DNA of 64,000 bases from the NCBI RefSeq assembly GCF_006345805.1, contig NC_043001.1, positions 43,462,001 through 43,526,000 on the forward strand, in the 5' to 3' direction. Origin of the DNA: Octopus sinensis (lineage: Eukaryota). A program made the translations under genes and the position numbers. The notes beneath the pieces were generated by a model. It did no database searches. It was given only the letters and a program-made list of their open reading frames with translations, and had not been told where the DNA came from. The number at the start of each line of letters is the position of its first letter. Position 1 is the first letter of the stretch. This document shows positions 37,084-48,399 of this stretch, in pieces.

Positions 37084-37775
37084 CAAAAGTTCTCAGCGTG
37101 GGCGGTACCGCTCCAAGGAGGCACTAAACATGTCGAAGGGGACGGTGAGGTAACATAATTAACATACTAAATTTTACATACATGATAAAACTGGTAATGG
37201 TTATTAAAACAAAATGAGATCACATCAAGCACAGGGAAATCATTAACTTGCAATGCTTAAAGTTAATTTACAACTTTTGTCTTCGTTAATTTTTTTAATC
37301 ATTTCACTGTTAAAAGCTTTAACAATCCATTTTCAAAGTAAAATTTACAAATTATAAATGTTAAGTTAGTTTAGTCATGATACCTCACTCACTACTTAGG
37401 TGGATACTAGACTAAAACTAGTTTGTCTGACACGCCGTCGGTTATGGGAACGAGGGTTCCCGTAGATCCGATCAACGGAACAGTTTGATCGTGAAGTTGA
37501 CGTGAAAGTGGATGAGCATTCCACAGACGCGTAACCTTAACGTAGTTCTCAGGGAGATTCAACGTGACACAAGGTTTGACAAGGCTGGCTCTTTGAAATA
37601 CTGGTACTACTTATTTTTGCCTGCGGCGTGGACTGGAGCAACGTGAAATAAAGTGCTTTGCTCAAAGATACAACGCGCCACCAGGAATCGAACTCACGAT
37701 CTTTACAACCGTGAGAACAACTACTTAAAGAGGCGGGAAGGGAGGCTACAAAAACAAAAGGGTTAAGAACCACTG
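37084..37775. mobile_element. hAT-type MITE with a nested SINE family C (37430-37722, -)
   Basis: Ends caaaagttctc and aagaaccactg (decayed CAGTGGTT termini); 8-bp TSD CTCTGTAG and CTCTGTGG. Confidence 0.65.
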
Positions 37776-39334
37776 CTCTGTGGTATTTATATAGAATGTA
37801 GCGGAATATTAAGCAGTCACCCGATGTCGCAATTCGTTGGAGTGTTGCCCACGTGATCAGCGAATTGGATCAATCGCGACTTCGCCTGGACAGAATACTA
37901 CCCATGTGATAAAAAAAATCTAACTATATCTAGTAACCTCGGCGTGATAGATGTGGCTAGATTTTGATGTTCACGTGGGTAATCTTCTTTCCAGGCGAAC
38001 TCGTGACTGTTCCGATTCGCTGATCAGGCTGATTCGCAATTCCAGAGAATCGTGACATCGAATGATTGTTGAATATAATTCCGCTACAAGAAATACGATG
38101 GGAAGAAGAGCGACTCTATGCGATTACACGGTCTGCTAGAAACAGTAGCCAATTTTCCACAGACCTTACCCACTACTTTGAATAAAGAAGGATACATTCG
38201 ATGGACAATGTAATCCTTGATATGAAAAAAAACACCACCAAAAAAACACAACAAACCAACAAAAAACAAAAAGATAGGATAAACAACAACAACAACAGCA
38301 TCGTTTATAAAGTAGTGGCTAAGAGTATTTGAGAAATAAATGAAAATCGTTGACCGGAAGAGGGGTGCGAACCATTGACCTTTTGTCCGAAACCTCTATC
38401 TGAGTGACCAGGTGCGACTCTCAATGTCGTATCAACAAGATAAAATCAAAACCAATTGGCTGCGGTTAGGAAATTCTTAAGAGGTGAGAAATGATTTGAT
38501 ATTCTTTGAAATACAGCCAAATAATGACTTCTTTGTATTAAATATATACTATGTAGAGATTTGAAAATAAACTGACGTTGATAAATAGGCATTTAGAGGC
38601 AAGGAATGAGGCATTTGGAAGAAATAAGCTTTTGAAATCTAAATAACAATCTTTTTGGAAGAGGTTTTAATGTATTCCTTGGTAATTCCGACAGCTTAAC
38701 AAACGACAGCCTCCTGTCAGTAAATGACAAATTTACAACCGGCACAGATAAGGAAGATAAAATATAAGACGTCTGTTTGTCGACATCTGTCTTGTAAATA
38801 GAATTTGGAGATTTTGTAAACATATATCACGCCGGATAGTTAGTTGTGCCGGCCGTTAAACCAGAGGGGAACATGAAGCAAAGGTTAACTTCGGAAGATA
38901 GAATTACAAATGCGATAGAGAGAAAACAGACAACATCATTTATTGCTATAGTTTCATCTTATTCAGCAATTCGATTCAAATTTTTCTTGTTCAGGTTGAG
39001 TGAAAACTATAATCAAATAAACAAACAAATACAGTTTTAAATGGTAGCTGTGGAATACAGTTTCTCGCAGCCCTCACCACGGCCCCTCTTCTGTGTTAGG
39101 AGGTATATGTAGATTGAAATTAATTCTTAGTCAAATTGACCACATACATTTACCAATCAAATCGCGTTTAGTTTGATAAAAAGTTAACGTGATTTTACTC
39201 TCTAAATAAACCATTTTACTCTGCTGTAGCCATTAAACAACTAGAAAAACCTAACGATTTTTAAGTCTAGGAATTTATGATGTGTGTTCCCAACTACATG
39301 GTTCCAAGTTCAGTCCAACAGTGCGGCACCTTAC

Positions 39335-41380
39335 AACTGAGAACAGAATAATTGTATGGGCATTACAAAGAGAATATTCCAGGGAGATAGTCTTTCTGTA
39401 CCTCTTTTCATTTTGACACTGAATCCATTATTATTCCTACTGCAGAAAATAAATAGTTATATGCTAGGATCTTCAACTGCTAGAAATATCAATGTAACTC
39501 ATAATTTCTTTGTAGATGACCTCAAGATTTATGCTAAAAGTGTTAACAATGCCAAGAAACAATTGGGATTAATAACAACATTTTCAGGTGATATAGGTAT
39601 AGAATTTGGCCAAAAGAGATGTTCATATTTGATTATAGAACGAGGAAAGTTAGTCTCTCAAACCCCAAACCTGTGCATCAACGGTCTCTCTATCTCCCCC
39701 AATCCACACAAAGAATGTTACAAGTATCTAGGCAAATAAAGATAGGGTGACCCGAGAATATTACACCAGACTTAGGAAAATATGGCAGTCGGAACCCTCT
39801 TCTTACAACAAAACAATATCCCACAATACATTTGTAGTACCAGTGCTGATCCCAATATTTGGGATACTTGATTGGTCTGTAGAGGAAATCCACTGTATAG
39901 ATATCAAATCCCGCAAAATCCTGACAACAACTGGAAACTTCCACAGAAACAGTGATGTTGACAAGCTCTACCTTAGAAGAAATGAAGATGGTAGAGGCCT
40001 GAGATCAATGCAAACGACCTTCGAATACCGTATGGTATCACCAAGCAGCACCTGCTAAACAACAGTGGCAAAAATATATGTAGCAATGCAGTGCTGAAAA
40101 GCGAAGTGAGCAACATTGTACGAGTAGGTAGTGAACTCCTCAAGAAACACTCTCTTCCTAATGATCTCCTATACAGCTCCCAAACAGCTGGGCTCTCTGA
40201 CCTCAGGGAAGACCTAGATGGAAAGCACTCAGCATACAATAAAAAGAACATGCATGGGTATGTTCCCCAGAAGCTTGAAAAAGACAGTAGAATTGACACG
40301 AGGTGCAGCCTCTCTTGGACACAAGACCACTACATCACATCACACTTTGAAGGGTATGCATTTGGAATCTAGGAACAGGAGATTGCAATAAAGTTTCAGG
40401 TGAACAAGAGACAGTGACGAGCTGGCAGAAACGTTAGCACGCTGGGCGAAATGCTTAGCGGTATTTCGACGTTCTGAGTTCAAATTCCGCCGAGGTCGAC
40501 TTTGCCTTTCATCCTTTCGAGGTCGATAAATTAAGAACCAGTTACGCACTGGGGTCGATGTAATCGACTTAATCCCGTTATCTGTCCTTGTTTGTCCCCT
40601 CTATGTTTAGCCCTTTGTGGGCAATAAAAAAATAAGCGAGACAGTGACGCTCTTGCAGTCCCAAGGTGCAACCGCATGTGTAGGCTATGTCATGTTTCTA
40701 TGGAAGACATTACGCATGTGATTAGCAGTTGTTCTAAAATGTCATCACGGTACTACCTCCCTCTCCGGCACGATGTTGTTGTTAAAACAATTTACAATGC
40801 CATCCACAAAAAGACTGTCCTGAAATAAACTTAGAAAATCCCTCTGTTATGGTATACATTCATAAAGAACCAACTCAAGGAATACTGGTGGAATATTCCC
40901 ATCAAAACCTCTGTCAAATTTAATTATAAAAGGCCAGATATTGTTGTTTGGGACAGAAGGGCAAAGGTATGTACCATCATAGAGGTTAACTGCCCTGCAT
41001 ATATAAATATCTCTTTGAAAATCAAAGAAAAAGAGGATATCTATGGATAACTACTTCGAAACCTTCAGCTCCTATATCCAGACTATAAATTCATATTCAT
41101 ACTAATAATAATTGGAGCACTAGGTTTTGTTAGTTTATGCTTAAAGGAGAATCTGGATAAACTCGGATTTTCAGAAAGAGAAATCAACCGGCTAATTCGT
41201 ACATTACAAGTGCAATCTGTGAGTGGAACAGTAAAAATATGCAAGATTTTCCTTAAATTCCAAATGTGAATTTGTTTGTGTTAACTACATCCCAAAGATA
41301 GAGCCTTGTATCTTTGTTGGAAACCGGCTCCCTCCTCAGTGGACGATTTATAATAATTAAAAATAGAAGAGACTACATAC
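39335..41380 (+). mobile_element. 5'-truncated R4/Dong-like LINE (RT, CCHC, restriction-like endonuclease), pseudogenised
   Basis: IFQGDSLS...FVDDLKIYAK...YKYLG (ORF 39356), YLRRNEDGRGL, CRLCHVSMEDITHVISSC, RPDIVVWD...IIEVNCP...IIIGALG, with stops and frameshifts. Confidence 0.9.
40420..40637 (+). mobile_element. SINE family A inserted in the R4/Dong-like LINE
   Basis: 12-bp TSD GAGACAGTGACG at 40408-19 and 40638-49. Confidence 0.92.
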
Positions 41381-41691
41381 ACACACACATATACATACAC
41401 ACACGTACATATGTGAGTATATCGTTGCTATTTTGTTAAACTGTCGTACGTCCAAATTTGGCCAAATGCGGTTTTTATTTCAATATTTATTTTTGCTTGC
41501 AATAACGGGTCCTTTTGGTCAAACTAACGTATTTCTAGCTGCTTCAGATGCCAAGATAAAAAAATTGCCAAAATGTAGTAAATCGGTTTTGCTATGGAAT
41601 GGTGAAACTATTTTTTCATTTTCTGAAAAAAAGCAACGTTTTGGACTTACTACACTTTTGCATAATGGCAACGATTATATATAATATATAT

Positions 41692-41746
<55 letters not shown>

Positions 41747-42718
41747 AATAATTATTATTATTTGAGGGAATAAAATCCAAACTTACAAGGGAAAAGAATT
41801 CAATTTAGAAATAGTAAATCAAATTCCACACAATATAGTATATATATATATATATAAAATATTAGGAAAAAACACCTTTTATCTATTCAAAATGAATAAT
41901 TAAATTACACCATCTACAAAATTACATATAATAGAAAAGTTAAAATTAAAATAACAATTAAAAAGTAAAGAGTAAGTAAATTACAAAAATAATATAATGT
42001 ATATAATAGGTAGAAAAACATATATCTATTTGTGTGTGTGTATGTGGGTATATACACACACACATATATATACACACCACATATATATATAGACGCACAC
42101 ACATACATACATAAATATGTATGTATGTATGTACGCATGTAGGTTTGTGCTTCTGCGCTTGTGTACGAGTAGTACCAAAAAAAAAAAAATTCAGCTAAAC
42201 GTATGCAATGATAATATAATTGTTAAACCTACATTTTATGGAATTTAGATTTTTTATTTACTAGAATATCTCGCCCCTACCTAATCTCTGTAGAGCGATC
42301 AACTTAGAATGTTCCTTAGGGTGTTACTATCTCTTTCAATCATTCTCCCCTTTCTTTAATCAACGATCTTCATTATAATCAGTTGAAAATCTATACCCTT
42401 ATCCACTTCATGCTCAGCATTCCACTTCTCGAGTGTTTTCTTTCTCGTTTACGATTTTATTTTCTCTAAGCATTGGATCCTGGAAAACTAAACGAAATAA
42501 AATAAAATAAAACAAGCAACCAATAAATAAAAATCCATTCCCTTTATATCAACATTAACGTTAAGCTGTTTATATTATAGCAATGTTTTATACATACAGT
42601 TGTCATAAATATTGAGTGACTGATCTTAAATAGGGGAATACTTGGCTGTGTGACTCAGAAGTCTGTTTCGCAACTACGTGGTTTTGGGTTCGATCCTTCT
42701 GCGAGGAGATGTATCTTC

Positions 42719-43146
42719 GGATCTTTTCGGTTTGAACGGCAGTTTTTTCTAGCGGTGTCATATGAAATTGTCACCCATAATTATGACCCTAGTATCGATC
42801 TATTGCATTTCAATCTATTTTAGGGTTAGTCAGGGTTAGGGTTAGGGGTGGGGGGAAGGGTATCTTTTTTTCTTCACAAATGTAAATAAACCCAATCTGT
42901 TGTTTAAACGAGGGACATATTCATACGGCACAGAATGTTGTTTACCTCAATGAACGTCAGTGATTGGTTGAAATTGCAGAAATTGAAGAAAAAAACAACA
43001 AATATCTTACAAACTATAGAATTTTCTCAATAAAGCCAAGGGAAAAAGATGTTTTATAAACACATTCTACCAGTATACGAAGTTTAAAAGTGTTTAGTTA
43101 CGTGGAAATTATTTAAAAAAAACTGCCGTTCAAACCGAAAAGATCC
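42719..43146 (+). mobile_element. TTAGGG-bearing MITE, copy 5 (no TSD)
   Basis: Perfect TIRs; flanks GTATCTTC and ACCTTATG do not match. Confidence 0.92.
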
Positions 43147-43484
43147 ACCTTATGAACGGCGAATCGAACGAGTCATTTGAATGTCAGACAGATTGCCTTA
43201 CAATTATTTTTCCGATTCTTTGCACTCCGAGTTCAAATCCCACCGTGGTCAGATCTGCCTTTCATCTTTTCGGGTTTCTATAAAAGAAGTCCCAATCCCG
43301 AGTGGAGGATTAGCAGAACCGCAAGACTGTCCTAAAGAAACAAAACGTTTTTCTTTAGAATCTAATATTATCGCAATGTCCTCTTTATTTCATTCTCTGA
43401 CGTTCTTTCTCAAAGAAAACACATTTTGCGACCTTCTCATTTTTATACGACTGATTTGGAGTTTTCTTAAAAAAAGTTTGTTAA

Positions 43485-43556
43485 TGGATTAGAGAGGAAG
43501 AGGGAGAGAGAAAGAGAGAGCTTGCGAGAAAGAGAGAAAGAGATGGAGAGAGTGTA

Positions 43557-43587
<31 letters not shown>

Positions 43588-43770
43588 GGTTGTGGGTGTG
43601 TGTGGGAGGAAGAGAGAGAGAGAGAGGTTGTGGGTGTGTGTGGGAGAAAGAGAGAGAGAGAGAAAGAGAATGTGAATAAGGGAGAGATAGAGATTGTGTG
43701 TGTGTGAGAGAGAGAGAAATTGTGAGGAAGAGAAAGAGATTGAGAATGAGAGACACAGAGATTGTGCGTA

Positions 43771-43820
<50 letters not shown>
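43485..43820. repeat. (GA)n/(GT)n composite low-complexity tract
   Basis: Directly visible; includes a duplicated gaggttgtgggtgtgtgtgggag unit. Confidence 0.9.
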
Positions 43821-43822
<2 letters not shown>

Positions 43823-44174
43823 GCTCGAGAAAAAGAGATTGCATGTGTGTGTGCATCCAAGAAAAGTAAAAGAGAGCAGGCGGAGCAAAAGGAAGATATA
43901 TATAGAATATCCTGGAGAGTTTGTTGGCGTCTTTGAAAATCTTAACTGCTAAATCTATCAGAGGTTTAAAAAATTTTGTCTTAACAAGGACCTTTTTTTT
44001 AGTCTAAATTTCACTACAATTCTCTATCAAAACGCTATTTTTCTCATTAGGTTTACTTAATAAGTGCAGCTGTCAGTATTTCGAATTATTCGGTGCATCT
44101 ATAATAAAATTACGATAAAAATTAGAAACAAGAACGACTTAGTTCGACTTTCAATTGTGTTATATATATACATA

Positions 44175-45207
44175 CATGGGTTGGACAAAATAATTGAAAC
44201 ACCCAGCTTCATAGCATCATAATTTTGAAATATCTATAAAACCGTCAGATGCTTGTTTATTTTTATGTTTTTTTATTTATTATTAGTGTTGCTTAATATG
44301 TTTTGTTAAAATTGCAGTCGTACTCTTACGCGAATTGTTAGAAAGGATCGCAAAATTACAGCTCCCAAAATTACTGCAGAGCTTAATGGCCACCTCGAGA
44401 TCCCATTTTCCACAAAAACTGTTCGCTGAGAGCTGCAAAAAGCCGGATTTCATGGGAGGGCTGCAAACAGAAAACTACTACTTTCAAAAACAAACGTTGC
44501 AAAATGTTTAGAGTGCAGTAAAAAACCTACAGAACTGTCCCTAGAGTAGTGGAAGAATCTTATTTTCTCAGACGAGTCATCCTTTACCTTATTTCCGACC
44601 ACCGGCTCAGTATACGTGTGGAGACATCCAAAAGAAGTATTTGACCCAGACTGCCTTCTTCCAACTGTTAAACATGGGAGAGGATCTGTGATGATCTGGG
44701 GAGGGGGGACTATATCTTGGAAATCCACTGGCCCAATGGTTTTACTTCATGGCAGAATTAATAGTCAAGACTATTTAAGCATTTTATTTGATCAAATTCA
44801 TCCTATGTTGCAGAACTGTTTCCGGAGGGAAACACAATATTTCAGGAAGATAGTGCACCAATTCACACAGCTAAAGCTGTTACTGAATGGCACGAGGAAT
44901 ATTCTGGTGGAGTTGAACATCTTATCTGGTCACCACAGTCCCTAGATCTCAATATTATTAAACATTTATGGTGCATTTTAGGAAAACAAGTAAGGAGTCG
45001 ATATCCTCCATCATCATCACTACAAGAACTGGAGACTGTTTTAGCTGAAGAATGGAGAAAAATTCCTTTGGAAAGAATTCAAACTTTGTACGAGTCCATA
45101 CCTCATAGAATTCAAGCTGTAATTACTGCTAAAGGTGGTCCTACCCCATATTAAAAAGAAATTTGTTTGAAATTTTAAGGTGTTTCCATTATTTTGTCCA
45201 ACCCCTG
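44175..45207 (+). mobile_element. Tc1-family (DD34E) transposon, internally deleted and decayed
   Basis: 29-bp TIR CA(T/G)GGGTTGGACAAAATAAT(T/G)GAAACACC with TA flanks. Peptides IFSDES, PTVKHGRGSVMIWG, FQEDSAPIH, WSPQSLDLNIIK (E replaced by K), KGGPTPY*. Confidence 0.93.
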
Positions 45208-45833
45208 TATATATATATAATTATAAATTCTTTGGCAATATGCTGAAAAATAGATGCTAATTCGTCTAATCACATAAGATATTTTCACTATATTATTACA
45301 CTATGTGTCGAAACGAGGGAAAGTAAGCTGTCAGAAATTCATAAAAATTTTAGTTATTCCCGAATCGGTTCCGATTTCTTGATAAAATACTTAGACATAC
45401 CCACAGAAAAGCAGACGCAAAGTCATTAATACATTTAAATACGCCAAATATATCCAAATAGAAATTCCGTAGCAAGCCTCGACACATGTGTAGCCGGTCA
45501 GGAAACGCACGGAAGTCCCGAAGTGAATGAGAATGAATTTATTTCTAATATAAAGATAAAATTTTATCAAAAATTCATCTCATTTTGTGTTTCTCGCTGA
45601 TGAAGGAAGAATCTTTCTGGATTAATCCAGAAATCGGAATTGAAATTTTCATGAATTTCTGTTAGCTTTTTCTGTTAGCAAACCGTTAACGGTTTGCAGC
45701 CGTTTACTCAACATGCAGGAATTGAATACCTAGTTTGTATATCTAGGTGCAGGAGTGGCTGTGTGCTAAGTAGCTTGCTTACCAACAACATGGTCCTGGG
45801 TTCAGTCCCACTGCGTGGCACCTTGGGCAAGTG

Positions 45834-45834
<1 letters not shown>

Positions 45835-45891
<57 letters not shown>

Positions 45892-45935
45892 ATGTGTATA
45901 TATATATGTGTATATATATATATGCATATATATAT

Positions 45936-45981
<46 letters not shown>

Positions 45982-46010
45982 TATATGTATATATATATAT
46001 GTATATAGAT

Positions 46011-46063
<53 letters not shown>

Positions 46064-46079
46064 GATATATATATATATG

Positions 46080-46110
<31 letters not shown>

Positions 46111-46334
46111 GTATATATATATATGTTATATTATATATAATATGTATATATAATATGTATATATATATATGTATATAATATATGTATCTATATATGTATG
46201 TATATATATATGTATGTATATATATATGTATGTATATATATATGTATATATATATGTATATATATATATGTATGTATATATATGAGTATATATATATGTA
46301 TATAGGTATGTATATATATATGTATATATATATG

Positions 46335-46365
<31 letters not shown>

Positions 46366-46415
46366 GATATATATATATGTATATGTATATATATATGTAT
46401 ATGTATATATATATG

Positions 46416-46446
<31 letters not shown>

Positions 46447-46451
46447 TATAT

Positions 46452-46487
<36 letters not shown>

Positions 46488-46725
46488 TATGTATATATAA
46501 TATATATATAGTATATATATATATATATGGTATATATATATGTATATGTATATATATATGTATGTATATGTATATATATATGTATGTATATGTATATATA
46601 TATGTATGTATTGTGTATATATATGTATATATATGTATATATATGTATAATATATGTATATTATATGTATATATATATGTATATATATGTATATATATAT
46701 GTATATATATGTATATATATATCTA
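45835..46725. repeat. Long degenerate (TA)n/(TATG)n array
   Basis: Directly visible; source of the poly-YI pseudo-ORFs. Confidence 0.97.
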
Positions 46726-46955
46726 TACAAATGGTACATTACTCGGTAGTCAAGATAAAACTCTGAGTTCAGATGCCGAAGTGGAAATCCACAACACCAT
46801 CTCTTCGGTTATCTGGCTATTTGAAATAGGCATCTGAAACTCAGAGTTTTATCTTGACTACCGAGTAATGTAACATATTGTATAGATAAATTTCCTCTAA
46901 TTACATAATATTGAGGTCTCTTTCTTTCTTTTGTTATCTTACCGTTTATCAATAG
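46718..46955. mobile_element. Penelope-like pseudo-LTR fragment with inverted duplication and decayed hammerhead
   Basis: Arms 46735-46777 and 46829-46872 are inverted. The tail gataaatttcctctaattacataatattgaggtctc matches 1676-1740. Confidence 0.7.
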
Positions 46956-47246
46956 TATATATATATATATGTATATATATATGTATATATATGTAATATA
47001 TATGTATATATATGTATATATATGTATATATATGTATATATATATGTATATATATGTATATATATGTATATATATTATTATATATATATGAATATATATG
47101 TATTTATAATGTATATATATATGTATTTATATATGTATATATATGTATATATATGTGTATATATATGTATATATATATATGTATATATATGTATATATAT
47201 GTATGTATATATAAATGTATATACTTATATATATATATATATACAT

Positions 47247-47278
<32 letters not shown>

Positions 47279-47357
47279 ATATATATATGTATATATATAT
47301 ATATATATATGTATATATAAATGTATATAAATGTATATATATATGTATATATAAATG

Positions 47358-47389
<32 letters not shown>

Positions 47390-47498
47390 ATGTATATATA
47401 TATATATGTGTATATAAATGTATATATATATATATGTGTATATATAAATGTATATATATATATATATATATAGATATATATATATATGTATATATAAA

Positions 47499-47538
<40 letters not shown>

Positions 47539-47740
47539 ATATATATGTATAATAAATGTATATATATATATATATAATTATATATATATATATATGTATA
47601 TATAAATGTATATATATATATATATGTATATACTATATATATATATGTATATAAATGTCGGTGCCCCAGCATGGCCACAGCTCGTGAGCTGAAACTAGAT
47701 GAATAAAAATAATGTATATATATGTATATATATATATGTT
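46955..47740. repeat. Long degenerate (TA)n/(TATG)n array
   Basis: Directly visible. Confidence 0.97.
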
Positions 47741-48399
47741 TGACAGCTCTTACGCTTAAGTCGAAATTTAAACGTTAAGAAAACTGCACTTCCTGTTCGG
47801 TTTATGAAAAAAAGAAAAAACAAACATCAATTTCCTTTGTTGTCTGTATTTTATCATTCAGTTGGCCAGAGGCGGAAAGATAAACAAGTAAATAAAGATT
47901 TTGAAGAAACCTATCGCTTGCACGTTATCATTAGCACCTGAACGAACACATCCTCTGATAGCATCAAATTACACTGTGTAACACGATTTTTGTCCTTGGG
48001 TAGCAACTCTTATTCTGTATTTGTTTGCTCCTACAATGTATGAAAAATGGTTAATATTTCCTTCAAAGTTTGCTTTTGTTACATTTATTTAGCCCCGAAG
48101 AATCCTCAATATATGGCTATGATGCTTCCCCACTACTCCTGCTCATTATCAGAGATGCACATATTGGGCCACTAAGGGAATACTCAAGTGGTTAAAGCAA
48201 ATCTGTGGTATTGAGCAGAATATTTGCTATGACGATATTTTTGCTTCAGCAATCCAGCGTTGAATCTGTCTGAAAGGTAGTGGAAAAGAGGTCAGTTCAA
48301 AACATTGATGTCCAGGTCACAACAGCAAAGTTTGAAGGGAATTTTGGTCATTTCCTTTGATTTCTAAATAGAAGCAGTTAACACCTACCTATGAGATGC

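Noticed and set aside
38593-39040. Short ORFs 38593..38823 and 38846..39040
   Set aside because: No recognisable motif, no consistent splice signals, and lengths expected by chance.
45694-47577. Many ORFs of 60-157 aa (poly YI/MY/CV), also at 1.1-1.4, 20.1, 26.6, 30.4, 43.5, 52.1, 54.3 and 61.3 kb
   Set aside because: They are translations of (TA)n, (TG)n, (TATG)n and (GA)n microsatellites that lack stops by construction.
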